Source: a virus (taxonomy: Duplodnaviria; Caudoviricetes). From it: a stretch of DNA of 64,000 nucleotides. Below the pieces are notes generated by a model, which made no database searches, was not told where the DNA came from, and worked only from the letters and a program-made list of their open reading frames with translations. The position numbers and the translations under genes were made by a program. Below, piece after piece: positions 17,647 through 27,649 of the stretch (the first letter of the stretch is position 1; every line of letters begins with the position of its first letter). Location: positions 1 to 64,000 of IMG/VR virus record IMGVR_UViG_2974513674_000001. One strand, written 5' to 3'.

Positions 17647-20600
17647 ATGTCCCTGGGTACTCTGGTACTAGACCTCACCCTGAATGGCGGCCAGTTCACC
17701 GTTAGCCTTAACTCGGCAACCGGTGCGCTGGCCCGATTCGTTCTGGGTGCAAACAACGCAAACGCTGCGCTCAACCGAACCCAGTCTGGGTTCCGTCAGT
17801 TTGGGCGTCTGCTGCGCGATACTGTCCTCACCCTTGCTCTGGCTCGCGATGCGATCAGAACGGTCGCAGAAGCGACCCTGGGCTGGCAGAAGACCATTGC
17901 TGATACCAACGGTCAGATGCAGCGGTCCATCGCGCTCATGAAGTCCTTCTCCAAGGAAACTGATCCCGTCAAAGCTACCGCTCAGGCGATGGCCGACGTG
18001 AACATGCTCCTGACCAAAGCATCGAACGCACCTTTCTCTCTGAAGGCGATCACCGACTCGTTCGTGAAACTGCGCGTGTCCGGTATCGAGCCGATCAATC
18101 AAGGCTTCGACGCCCTGGTGGACTCGGTTGCACAGTTCGGTGGTAGCGACGAACAACTCAAGCGGGCTTCTGTTGCGATCCAGCAGATGGCCGGTAAGGG
18201 TGTCGTCTCGATGGAAGAGCTGCGTCAGCAACTCGGTGAAGCTGTTCCAACCGCGATCCAGCAGATGGCTGACGGTCTTGGCGTAACCTACTCCAAGCTG
18301 GTGAAAGACATCAGTCTGGGTAAGGTCAAGTCTGAGCCGGCGATCATCGCTATGTTCCGCGAAATGGAGCTTCAGTCGAAGGGCTCCGCAGAGCGGATGA
18401 TGAACACCTGGCAGGGCGCGACCGCTCAGTTGAACACTGAGTTCACCAAGCTCATGCTGACCGTCGGTGGTTTCCAGGAAGGCTACGGTGAAGGCACCTA
18501 CATGCACGGCATCACGTCGGGCATCAAAGAGCTGACCACCATCCTGAAAGACCCGGCAACTCAAGCCAGCGCGAAGGCGTTCGGTGAAGGTCTGACTGCG
18601 ATCATGAAGTCCGCGGTCGAGGGCCTGAAGTGGATCATCCAGTACCGCTCTGAAATCTACGAGCTGGGCAAAGCATTCCTTACCATCTACGCGGCAACCA
18701 AAGCTGTGACGATCATCCGTTCCCTGGGTGGCGCGTTCGCAGGTCTGGTGGGCTCTGTAGCGGGCGCTGGTGGTGCAATCAAGACCCAGATGGCTGCGAT
18801 CAACACCTCGTTCGGTACGTTCACCAGCGGTGTCGCTGCGATGCGTAACGGTTCGACTGCTGCTGCGGGCGCAATGAGCGCGATGCGGGGCATCTTGGGC
18901 ACCATCGGGGGCGCTGCTGCAATCGCTACCGGCCCAATCGGCCTGCTGACCGCTGCTGTCGCTGCCGGTGCTTACTCCTGGTGGGAGTACAAGAAGGCTG
19001 CGCAGGCCGGCATCCAGGCGATGATCGACGCGAAGGGTCAGGGCGCCGGTCTCAAAGAGATTATGGATGCTCAGGCGAAGATCAAGCAGAACAACGACGA
19101 CATCGCGAGCCTGCAACGTGACAACCAGATCGCCACCAAGCCGAATGGCATGTTGGATGAGCTGGCCAAGAACTACATCGACGTGGTTGGCAACAACGCG
19201 AAGATCAAGAAGGCTCAGGAAGAAAACGCCCAGTTGATGGACGCAATCGCCGTTGGCGAAGCGAACGTCATCAAGTCCCGGGCCAACGTCGAGTTCGAGG
19301 CTGCCAAGTCCGCGATCAGCAACGGCATGGTCAAGGTCGAGAAAGAGTACGACGCCGCAATGCAGAAGCAGCGCGACCGTCTTGCTCAGGGTGAGAAGGA
19401 CGGCACCGGCAAGTCTGACGAGTTCATGGCGGAGAGCAAGGCTCAGAAGTACGCCATCGAGCGCACTCGCCTGCAAGCTGAAGCCGAGTTGTACAACCAG
19501 CAGCTCGACAAAATCCAGCAGGAGATTGAGCAGAAGGCGGAGAAGACCAGCAACGGTACTGTGATTGGCCTGGACGAGAAGGCAATCGCCGCTCGCAAGC
19601 TGACCCTGAACCAATTGCGCGTAGCTCTGGGTGAAGTAGGCCAGAAGCAGGAAGAGCTGGTCGCGTCGTCGAAGGAATTCAGCGACACCGTCATGAACCC
19701 GGGTGGTGGCGGCGCTCAAAAGCCGGCCGCTTTCGACATGCTGACCATCTTCGTCGATGGGATGCGCAAGAAGCTGGCCACCCTGGACGCGAAGGTTGAA
19801 GAGACCAACCCGTACCTGGCTCAGTTGGAAGCCACTATCGAGTCCCTGGGCGGCGTACACCTGCCGAACTTCGACAAGATGGTTGCCGACGGCAAAGCGT
19901 TTGCTGAGCAGACCTGGGCACTGGAGAAAGCTCAAAAGGCTGTCACTGCTTCCTCGAAGGAGTACACCGAAGCCCAAGAGCGCGTGGGTCAAATCAGCAG
20001 CCTGATCACCGCCAAGTTGGCCAAAGTAGAAAACCTGAACCCCTGGGAAAAGGCTTCTGCTGATGCAGTCCGGTATCAGGAAGAGCTGGACGACATGCTG
20101 GCCAAGCTCGAAGAGACCAAGCGCGCCGCCTACACCGCCCAGGTGCAAGGTTCGGGCGAAGGTCTGCTGAAGAAGCTGGAAGCCGAAGCTGTCACCACCG
20201 GCGCGGCCGTCGACCAACTGCGAGCGAAGATCGAACAGCTCAAGGTCAGCGACACCGCCAAGAAGATGCAGGAAGACGCCAACTCGATGTCGGACGCTCT
20301 GCTGTCCAACACCGACCGCGTGAAGCAGCAGTACGACCGTCAGACCCAGTGGGCGGATGAGTTCTACGCCAACCACAAGGATCAACTGGCGAACGATGCA
20401 GCGGCGACCGCGAGCTACAACGCCTACCGCGAGCAGTTGAACGAGCAGTACAACCGGGACAGCGAGAGCGGCCTGCAAGAATGGATTCGCACCAACAAGG
20501 ACGCGACTGAGCAGTACAAGTCCCTCTGGGGCAGCGCAATGGACAAGTTCAACGATACCCTCGTTGATGGCTTGATGAACGGCAAGCTGGAACTGGCCGA

Positions 20601-21195
20601 CTTCGTTGAGTACGTCCTGAAGGAGTTCCTGCGCATCCAGATGGCCAAGCAGATGGCGATGGCAGCAGACGCTGTTTCGGGCGCCGGTGGCTTCCTGGGC
20701 ACCATCGCATCCGGTATCGGCAGCTACTTCGGTGGCGCAGGTGCAAACGGGTTCGCAGCGGGTTCGGCCGGCGCAACCTCTTCGTCCCTGGGTGCTTCGC
20801 AAGCCGGCTACTCGTCCCTGTACGGCTTCGCAGATGGCGGCATCATGACTGACCAGGGCGCTGTCGCTCTGCGGAAGTACGCGAAGGGCGGTATCGCTGA
20901 TCGACCACAACTCGCGCTGTACGGCGAAGGGTCGATGAACGAAGCCTTCGTACCGCTGCCAGATGGTCGCACCATCCCTGTAACCGTCTCGGGTACTGGT
21001 GCTGGCAACGGAATGACTAAGCAAGCGACTGGTGCAGTTCCTGTGCAGGTCAACGTGTACAATCAGGGCGGCGAGCAGCAGGAGGCCCAAAGCTCCAGCA
21101 AGTTCGACGGTGAGCAGATGGTGGTCGACATCATCCTCAAGAAAGTATCGCAACCCGGCCCAGTCCGTGATGCGGTTCGTACCGCAGCTCAGTAA
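17647..21195 (+). CDS. tape measure protein
   Basis: About 1180 aa, helical and Ala-rich; tape-measure N-terminal motif AIQQMAGKGVVSMEELRQQLGE; FADGG C-terminus. Confidence 0.92.
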   Translation: MSLGTLVLDLTLNGGQFTVSLNSATGALARFVLGANNANAALNRTQSGFRQFGRLLRDTVLTLALARDAIRTVAEATLGWQKTIADTNGQMQRSIALMKSFSKETDPVKATAQAMADVNMLLTKASNAPFSLKAITDSFVKLRVSGIEPINQGFDALVDSVAQFGGSDEQLKRASVAIQQMAGKGVVSMEELRQQLGEAVPTAIQQMADGLGVTYSKLVKDISLGKVKSEPAIIAMFREMELQSKGSAERMMNTWQGATAQLNTEFTKLMLTVGGFQEGYGEGTYMHGITSGIKELTTILKDPATQASAKAFGEGLTAIMKSAVEGLKWIIQYRSEIYELGKAFLTIYAATKAVTIIRSLGGAFAGLVGSVAGAGGAIKTQMAAINTSFGTFTSGVAAMRNGSTAAAGAMSAMRGILGTIGGAAAIATGPIGLLTAAVAAGAYSWWEYKKAAQAGIQAMIDAKGQGAGLKEIMDAQAKIKQNNDDIASLQRDNQIATKPNGMLDELAKNYIDVVGNNAKIKKAQEENAQLMDAIAVGEANVIKSRANVEFEAAKSAISNGMVKVEKEYDAAMQKQRDRLAQGEKDGTGKSDEFMAESKAQKYAIERTRLQAEAELYNQQLDKIQQEIEQKAEKTSNGTVIGLDEKAIAARKLTLNQLRVALGEVGQKQEELVASSKEFSDTVMNPGGGGAQKPAAFDMLTIFVDGMRKKLATLDAKVEETNPYLAQLEATIESLGGVHLPNFDKMVADGKAFAEQTWALEKAQKAVTASSKEYTEAQERVGQISSLITAKLAKVENLNPWEKASADAVRYQEELDDMLAKLEETKRAAYTAQVQGSGEGLLKKLEAEAVTTGAAVDQLRAKIEQLKVSDTAKKMQEDANSMSDALLSNTDRVKQQYDRQTQWADEFYANHKDQLANDAAATASYNAYREQLNEQYNRDSESGLQEWIRTNKDATEQYKSLWGSAMDKFNDTLVDGLMNGKLELADFVEYVLKEFLRIQMAKQMAMAADAVSGAGGFLGTIASGIGSYFGGAGANGFAAGSAGATSSSLGASQAGYSSLYGFADGGIMTDQGAVALRKYAKGGIADRPQLALYGEGSMNEAFVPLPDGRTIPVTVSGTGAGNGMTKQATGAVPVQVNVYNQGGEQQEAQSSSKFDGEQMVVDIILKKVSQPGPVRDAVRTAAQ

Positions 21196-21207
21196 GGGGA
21201 GTTCAAA

Positions 21208-21573
21208 ATGGCCGACGCAGTTTTTCCTGCCGCTCTGGCGAAGGCTCAAGACAGCAAGTATTTTGCTGTCGAGCAGGAAGACAACGCGATCAAAGGCGAG
21301 ACCGACGGCGGGTATATCAATGCCCGCCCACGTCACACCCGGCGACCGCGCAAGACGTTCACTACCGGCTGGACTGACATCAGCCACGCCGTGTATCTGA
21401 GCGCTCAAGCCTTCTACGATGCAGTGGGCACCTGGAAGGTGTTCACCTGGGTCGACCCTACCACCGGTGTGACTTACCGGTGCCGGTTCGACAAGCCGCC
21501 CAAATGGAGCTACGCCGGTATGGGGGTTGCCAAGATTTGGACCTGCACCGGAGTCTCGTTGAAGGAGGCTTGA
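21208..21573 (+). CDS. distal tail protein (lambda gpM-like)
   Basis: Follows the tape measure gene; VFTWVDP motif. Confidence 0.7.
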   Translation: MADAVFPAALAKAQDSKYFAVEQEDNAIKGETDGGYINARPRHTRRPRKTFTTGWTDISHAVYLSAQAFYDAVGTWKVFTWVDPTTGVTYRCRFDKPPKWSYAGMGVAKIWTCTGVSLKEA

Positions 21574-21588
21574 CACACGCGCTATACT

Positions 21589-21621
21589 GGCGATCCACGA
21601 ATTCTCTTGGATCGCCTTTTT
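21589..21621 (+). terminator. terminator-like hairpin just before the gpL-like start
   Basis: GGCGATCCA...TGGATCGCC followed by TTTTT. Confidence 0.6.
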
Positions 21622-21622
21622 C

Positions 21623-22261
21623 ATGCCAAAGAACCTTTCTCTTTCGACCGTAGCCGAGACGAACAGCTTCTCGTCTGAGAAGGTATGGTTGATTGCGCTT
21701 CAAATCCATGTCGTCAACCATCAGACTGGCGCCGAAGTGGAACGAATTCGGGTTGTGAACAACTCCGAAATCGTCACCATCGAGGGTGAGCCATACGAGC
21801 CGATGGGTTTCGACATCGACATCAACGAGAAGACCAACCAACTGCCAAGCGTCCAGGTAACACTCCAGGACCAGGGCGAGCTGGTAGGCCCGTACATGCA
21901 CCGCTACGGCGGTGGTGTGGGTTTCGAGGTTGACCTTCTGATCGTCGCAGCGGATGTCGGCGACCCGGTTGTCCATGACTACGAGCCTGAGCTGGCTGAG
22001 TTCTTCACCATCACGAAGGGCAGCTACAAGGACTACGTCGCCACCTGGACGATGGGTGCAGAGAACCCGCTCCGCAAAATGTTCCCACTCCGCAAGCAAG
22101 AGCCTGACCAGTGCAGCTTCCGCTACAAGGACGCGCGCACCTGTGGTTATGGTGGCGGCCTTGCATCTTGCGATCTGTCCTTCGACGGCCCCAACGGCTG
22201 CCGGGCGCACAACAACACCAAAAACTATGGCGGGTATCCCGGCATCATTGTGAGGTCGTGA
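21623..22261 (+). CDS. minor tail protein (lambda gpL-like, Cys cluster)
   Basis: C-terminal CSFRYK...CGY...CDLS...GC...NYGGYPGI. Confidence 0.8.
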   Translation: MPKNLSLSTVAETNSFSSEKVWLIALQIHVVNHQTGAEVERIRVVNNSEIVTIEGEPYEPMGFDIDINEKTNQLPSVQVTLQDQGELVGPYMHRYGGGVGFEVDLLIVAADVGDPVVHDYEPELAEFFTITKGSYKDYVATWTMGAENPLRKMFPLRKQEPDQCSFRYKDARTCGYGGGLASCDLSFDGPNGCRAHNNTKNYGGYPGIIVRS

Positions 22262-22641
22262 TGACTGAATATGCAGACCTGATTGGCTTTCCTTTCCGCT
22301 ACGGCGGCCGCAAGCTCTCTGATGGGTTTCTCGACTGCTACGGGCTAGTCATCGTCATGTCAGAGCGTGCGGGCAAGAAGCTCCCCGAACGCTCTGTGAG
22401 CGAAGATCACAGACTGGTTCATGCACTGATGATGTCGCAGATGAACGTCTGGGAGAGAGCACCAGGGCCAGCCGAAGGGCGCATCGTGCTCTTCAAGGTC
22501 AAGCGGGTAGCCTGTCACGTCGGCTACCTGATCAACGAGTTTGAATTTATCCACACCTGGGAAGACTCGGGCGGTGTTGTCGTCGAGAGACTGAGCAACT
22601 GGGAAAGAAAAATTGAGGGGTTCTATGAATACGTCGGTTAA
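22261..22641 (+). CDS. NlpC/P60 tail assembly protein (gpK-like)
   Basis: LIGFPFRYGGR..DCYGLV...HVG..FIH. Confidence 0.85.
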   Translation: MTEYADLIGFPFRYGGRKLSDGFLDCYGLVIVMSERAGKKLPERSVSEDHRLVHALMMSQMNVWERAPGPAEGRIVLFKVKRVACHVGYLINEFEFIHTWEDSGGVVVERLSNWERKIEGFYEYVG

Positions 22642-25600
22642 GACCAAAGAGCAGGTTCTCTTTGTCTATGTGAAGAACCCTCTGCAACCAGCAGAGAGCC
22701 GAGTCTGCGTCTCCAACGATCACGAAAAGAACCGTTCGCTGGCCGACTACCTGGGCGCCATCGAAGGGCGCTGGGCTGTGTCCGTCTCGGGCAAGCTGAT
22801 CGAGCAGGAAGACTGGGAGCAGACCTACCTGCAAGCGAATGACTGCGTGGTCGTCGCGCCCCTGATTGAAGGTGGTGGCGGCGGTGGCGGCAAGACCGTA
22901 CTCCGCCTGGTAGCGATCATCGCCCTGACCGTAGTATCCGCTGGTGCCGGTGCTGCTTTCGGTGCTGCTGCTGGTGGCGCCCTGGGTGTCTCTGCTGCCG
23001 CTGGTACTGCTCTGGTGTCCGCAGGTGTCATGATGGCAGGTACGATGGCGATCAACGCCCTGCTGCCGCCTGCGACCCCGAAAGCACCTGCATCCGGTTC
23101 CGACTACGACTCCAGCCCAACCTACGGCATCGACGGCCCGAAGAACATGAGTTCTCGGGGCATCCCTGTGCCTGTCGTTTACGGTGAGTCCTGGTTCGCA
23201 GGTAACTTCCTTCAGTCCTACGTCGATAACGTGGGCGATGACCAGTACCTGAACCTGCTGATCAACCTTGGTGAAGGCCCTGTTGAGGGCATCACCGAAA
23301 TCATGATCAACAACCAGCCGATGAACAACTTCTCGAACGTCGAGACGTGGTTCCGCAACGGCACCGAACATCAGACGATGATCCCGTACTTCGGCGACAT
23401 CATCGTGCCGGTCAACCGCAACCTCGATCTGCAACCCGGCGTCTACTCGCTGCACACCGTTGCAGACGCTGTTGACCGCCTGCGTGTGGACATCGTTATG
23501 CCAGGCGGTGTGAACCGCGCTGACGACGAAGACGGCTTGGTTCCGTTCACCGCTCTCTTCACGCTTGAGTTGCGTGAGGTAGGTGGCGCATGGGGTCCGT
23601 TCGTTGAGGGCGCAAGCACCGGTCAGGTCGCTATTGGTGGCAAGCAGATGTCTGCCCTGCGCCGCAGCTACTACAGCCGTACCCTGGACCGCAGCAAGCG
23701 CTACGAAGTTCGAGCGATCCACAACCAGTCCACTGACGACACCAACGTCAGCAACCGGGTGAGCCTGACCGACGTCAACTACATCACCTTCGACGACCTG
23801 ACCTACAAGCACACCGCTCTGTTCGGTATGCGGATCAAGCTGTCTGACCAGCTCAGCGGCATTCCATCGGTTCAGTACCGTCTGAAGGGCCGCAAGGTGC
23901 CGGTGTACAGTCCTCTGACTGGCGCATACGACGAGACCTTCACGTCGAACCCGGCGTGGATTGCTCTCGACGTTCTGATGCACAAGCGCTACGGCGGCGG
24001 CATCAGTGCATCCCGCATCAAGATGGAATACTTCCGTCAGTGGGCGACGTTCTGCGACCAGAACAACCTGAAGTTCAACGGCGCAATCGACCAGCGCACC
24101 AACCTGTGGGACGCCCTGGCGCCAATCTGCAAGGTAGGCCGTGCTCAGATCATTCGTGCCGGCACCCGCTTCCAGGTGTCGATGGTCCGCAAGCAGAAGC
24201 CCGTCCAGATGTTCTCGATGGGCAACATCAAGAAGGGCTCCCTGTCGATTGACTGGCTGGCAATGGACGAGCGCGCCAACGAATGTCACGTCAGCTACTA
24301 CGACAAGAACGACGGCGGCAAGCAGAAGACGGTCATCGTGCCGAACATGGCCGCCCGTGAGCGCGGTGAAGAGGCGAAGCCAACCGAGTTGACTCTGTAC
24401 GGCGTGGATAACGTCGAGCAGGCGACCCGTGAAGGCACGCTCGCCATGAACATGCAGCAGTTGCTGAAGACCATCAGCTTCGAGGCTCCAATCTCGGCAA
24501 TCGCCTGTACCCTGGGTGACGTGGTCGCAATCCAGCATGACGTTCCAGACTGGGGTCAGGGCGGCCTGACTGACGCCGGCAGCACCAAGAACGTCCTGGT
24601 GGTCGACAAGCCTGTCACTCAAGACCTGGGCGGCACCTACGTGGTTCGTGTTCGTCACGACAAGGTTCTGCAAGGCACTTGGGAAGTAGACGAGCTGATC
24701 GGCAACATCGTCGTGCCAACTGGCCCGTTCAATATCCAGATGTTCGAGCGCTACCGTCGTCTGTTCGTCCCAGGCACTGGGCAGGACTTCCAGATTCAAG
24801 AGCCGATCATCGACCAGTACGGCCGGCACGGTCTGCGCTTGAACAGCACTGCTGGTCTGAAGAAGGGCGACACCATTCAGCTCTTCGACACCGACGTGCT
24901 TGAGACGCGCTTCGTGGGCGCTGTGAGCCCCGATGGGCTGCGTATCACCCCAACACAAGCATTCAGCGCTATCCCGGGTCGTGAGACGCCCTGGGCGTTC
25001 GGTCTGAACGGCACCGAAGTCATGATGATGACCATCATGGACATCAGCGGTAAGGATGATCTGTGGAAGACCATCGGTGGTATCGAGTACAGCGATGCAG
25101 CCTACGACGACACCGTTGTGGACTACCCGCCTGACCCGACCAACACCAACCCGGTCATGCCGAACATCACGTTCAATGGGTTCAAAGAGCGCCGCTACCT
25201 GGTGGGCGCCGCGTACACCTCCGACGTCGAAATGACCTGGAGCTGCACTGACATTGCCTACGCCTACGCCGAAGTCCACATCAACATCGACGGTGAAGGC
25301 TGGAAGTTCATGGACGCGAACGCGACCTTCTACCAGTTGACCGCGATCAACAGTGGGTCGATTCAGCTCAAGCTGGTGCCGGTGACCATCGAAGGGTTCA
25401 AGCCGAACTTCAACGCTGTGCCGGTTCACACCTACACCGTAGAGGGCGGTGTACCGCGGAACCCTGATCCACCCCTGAACTTCCGGGTTGGGACTGTCAC
25501 CAACGACATCATCGAACTGCTGTGGGGCGACCTGAACGCCTGGTCTGCTGCTCAGAACGTGTACGCCTACGAAATCTGGCATGCTGAAGGTCAGGGCGCT

Positions 25601-26557
25601 GTTCTGGAATCGGCCCAACTGATCGCCGTGACCAAGAACGACCACTACCCTCACGTTGGTCTGCTGAAGAACTCCTGGCACACCTACTGGATTCGGACGA
25701 TCAACGTCACCGCGAAGAACGCGAAGTCTGCATTCATCCCGGCCGCCGGTCTGTCGGTGCAGTGCAAGGACAACGACCCATACGGGCTGATCGACCTCAC
25801 TGACCTGGCCCCGAGCCTGCGTGAGAGCATCAACGCGCCGAAGGTTCTCGAAGACCTGTCGCAGATCATTGCCAACGCCGCGACCAAGCTCGAAGAGACC
25901 GATGACGCTCAGAAGCAGGAGGTGTTCAACCGTAAGCAGGCTGTCGGTGAAGTAGCCGCATCCGTCAACGAGCAGGTAGCAGCAATCGCGGATGAGACCG
26001 AAGCGATGGCAGCCCGGATCACTCAGATGGAAGCGACCACCACGCCGGGCACCCAGGCGAAGATCGACGAGCTGGCTCAGGTGGTAGCAAACGGTGACTC
26101 CACTCTGGCTCAGCGTATCTCGCTGATGCAGGTGAAGTTCGCTGACGACCTGTCTGCCGCAATCGCCCAAGAGCAGACTGTCCGTGCTGACGCAATCAGC
26201 GCGCTGGCCAGTCAGGTGACCACGCTGACCTCGACCGTCGGTGAGAACACTGCAAGCCTGCAAGAGACGATGGAGGTTGTTGACGGTATCTCCGCGCAGT
26301 ACACGCTGCGGGTAGACATCAACGGGATCGTCTCGGGCTTCGGTATCGCAACCGGTGAAGGTGGTGTGTCCGAGTTCGCGATCATGGCCAGCCGGTTCAA
26401 GATTTACGGCCCAGGCCCGGGTGATACGGTGGTGAAGACTGCGGTGTTCAACGTGGATGCTGAGACTGGTGTCGCATACCTCCGCAACGCGGTGGTGGGC
26501 AACCTTCAGTCCGACAACTACATTTCTGGCGTGTCGGGGTGGTGCCTAAAAAAGTAG
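22625..26557 (+). CDS. central tail/host-specificity protein J with fused gpI-like N-terminus (short form)
   Basis: Ubiquitin-like plus hydrophobic N-terminus, IPVPVVYG, SNPAW, FN3 domain, coiled coil, DUF1983-like end NLQSDNYISGVSGW. Confidence 0.9.
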   Translation: MNTSVKTKEQVLFVYVKNPLQPAESRVCVSNDHEKNRSLADYLGAIEGRWAVSVSGKLIEQEDWEQTYLQANDCVVVAPLIEGGGGGGGKTVLRLVAIIALTVVSAGAGAAFGAAAGGALGVSAAAGTALVSAGVMMAGTMAINALLPPATPKAPASGSDYDSSPTYGIDGPKNMSSRGIPVPVVYGESWFAGNFLQSYVDNVGDDQYLNLLINLGEGPVEGITEIMINNQPMNNFSNVETWFRNGTEHQTMIPYFGDIIVPVNRNLDLQPGVYSLHTVADAVDRLRVDIVMPGGVNRADDEDGLVPFTALFTLELREVGGAWGPFVEGASTGQVAIGGKQMSALRRSYYSRTLDRSKRYEVRAIHNQSTDDTNVSNRVSLTDVNYITFDDLTYKHTALFGMRIKLSDQLSGIPSVQYRLKGRKVPVYSPLTGAYDETFTSNPAWIALDVLMHKRYGGGISASRIKMEYFRQWATFCDQNNLKFNGAIDQRTNLWDALAPICKVGRAQIIRAGTRFQVSMVRKQKPVQMFSMGNIKKGSLSIDWLAMDERANECHVSYYDKNDGGKQKTVIVPNMAARERGEEAKPTELTLYGVDNVEQATREGTLAMNMQQLLKTISFEAPISAIACTLGDVVAIQHDVPDWGQGGLTDAGSTKNVLVVDKPVTQDLGGTYVVRVRHDKVLQGTWEVDELIGNIVVPTGPFNIQMFERYRRLFVPGTGQDFQIQEPIIDQYGRHGLRLNSTAGLKKGDTIQLFDTDVLETRFVGAVSPDGLRITPTQAFSAIPGRETPWAFGLNGTEVMMMTIMDISGKDDLWKTIGGIEYSDAAYDDTVVDYPPDPTNTNPVMPNITFNGFKERRYLVGAAYTSDVEMTWSCTDIAYAYAEVHINIDGEGWKFMDANATFYQLTAINSGSIQLKLVPVTIEGFKPNFNAVPVHTYTVEGGVPRNPDPPLNFRVGTVTNDIIELLWGDLNAWSAAQNVYAYEIWHAEGQGAVLESAQLIAVTKNDHYPHVGLLKNSWHTYWIRTINVTAKNAKSAFIPAAGLSVQCKDNDPYGLIDLTDLAPSLRESINAPKVLEDLSQIIANAATKLEETDDAQKQEVFNRKQAVGEVAASVNEQVAAIADETEAMAARITQMEATTTPGTQAKIDELAQVVANGDSTLAQRISLMQVKFADDLSAAIAQEQTVRADAISALASQVTTLTSTVGENTASLQETMEVVDGISAQYTLRVDINGIVSGFGIATGEGGVSEFAIMASRFKIYGPGPGDTVVKTAVFNVDAETGVAYLRNAVVGNLQSDNYISGVSGWCLKK

Positions 26558-26592
26558 GTTCCATCACCCTGGAATACGACCGGGGTGATGGA
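26548..26592 (+). promoter_or_regulatory. programmed -1 ribosomal frameshift signal
   Basis: A_AAA_AAG at 26548-26554, in-frame TAG, 5-nt spacer, 13-bp hairpin TCCATCACCCTGG/CCGGGGTGATGGA. Confidence 0.8.
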
Positions 26593-27153
26593 GTGATCGA
26601 ATCACAAGCCTTCGACGCCGAGTTCCATAACGCCCTGATCACCGGTGACATCAGTGCCCTGACGGGCACTTTCACTGGCAAGCTGGATGCCAACGCAATC
26701 GACGCAGTGAGCCGGCTGAACATCGCCGGCCGCGCTGTAGCGATCACGAAAGCTGGCAAGCGGGCGAGCAGTGACGGTCTTGGTTTCGACGACGACGGTG
26801 TGTACCGCTCGTTGATCGACATCGCTCTGGAAGTTCCTCTTGGGACAACCAGCGGGGTATTCGTCGCGGCAAACCTCTCGTACCAGTGCGTGGATACGAA
26901 GGGCGACGAGAACAGCATGTTCCCATGCCAATACCGAATTATGGTTGACGGCGTGGCCTACTTCACAAGCGCCGTGGAGGCATGGGGCAACTGGTTCCTG
27001 ATGTTCGACTACCACATCCACGAAATGCTGCTGTACATGAAGGCTGGTCAGACCCACACCATCAGCCTTCAATACAGGTGGTTCGACCGTCCGACCAACG
27101 TGTATCCTCTCTTTAGGAACATCACCTATCGAGCCGACATTCTCAGGAAGTAA
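26554..27153 (+). CDS. J C-terminal module 1 (-1 frame continuation of J)
   Basis: AEFHNALITG...GTFTGKLDA...NIAGRAV; no clear RBS of its own. Confidence 0.75.
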   Translation, partial: VGSITLEYDRGDGVIESQAFDAEFHNALITGDISALTGTFTGKLDANAIDAVSRLNIAGRAVAITKAGKRASSDGLGFDDDGVYRSLIDIALEVPLGTTSGVFVAANLSYQCVDTKGDENSMFPCQYRIMVDGVAYFTSAVEAWGNWFLMFDYHIHEMLLYMKAGQTHTISLQYRWFDRPTNVYPLFRNITYRADILRK

Positions 27154-27154
27154 C

Positions 27155-27649
27155 ATGGCATTCGACGATACCAAAAACTATGCCGAGTTCGGCAACGCCT
27201 TCTTCAGAGGGCGTTTGAAGGGGGCCAAAGGAGAGGCTCGCTTCAAGCTGCAAGCCGACATCGTCAGCGCGGTGGATACGATCAACATCGCCGGCCAGGC
27301 TGTGACCTACACGGTCACGTCTCGCTACGGCCCAGGTTCAGGCGTGGGCGCGCAGACCGCAAACTCCGGCGGGGTTCTGTTTTCGACGGCGATCGACATT
27401 GTCGATGAGAACGTGTGGATCGAATTCATCGCCTATGGTGCAGGCGCTCAGTATTTCTACGTCGATGGTGTCCGACGCCCGTTGTACAGCGGCCGACGCC
27501 CAGGTGACAGGTGCATCCCTCATAACGAGGTCATTGAAATGGCGCCTGGCGTTCACACCATGTTCCTTTACGCCCCACCAGGGACTGTCTCTGGTGACGG
27601 CTTCATCATCTGTCGATACATTCGACCTACAGGGAGTGACCAGCTCTAA
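27155..27649 (+). CDS. free-standing J C-terminal-like module 2
   Basis: AEFGNAFFRG...KLQAD...NIAGQAVT; own RBS (AGGA). Confidence 0.75.
   Translation: MAFDDTKNYAEFGNAFFRGRLKGAKGEARFKLQADIVSAVDTINIAGQAVTYTVTSRYGPGSGVGAQTANSGGVLFSTAIDIVDENVWIEFIAYGAGAQYFYVDGVRRPLYSGRRPGDRCIPHNEVIEMAPGVHTMFLYAPPGTVSGDGFIICRYIRPTGSDQL

Noticed and set aside
21570-21588. TTGACA and TATACT as a standard sigma70 promoter
   Set aside because: The spacer is only 7 nt
17668-26263. Very long antisense ORFs (1318 aa and 1238 aa here; also 1432-3351, 30951-33998 and others)
   Set aside because: They mirror real genes; strong codon bias removes stops on the opposite strand; no motifs or RBS
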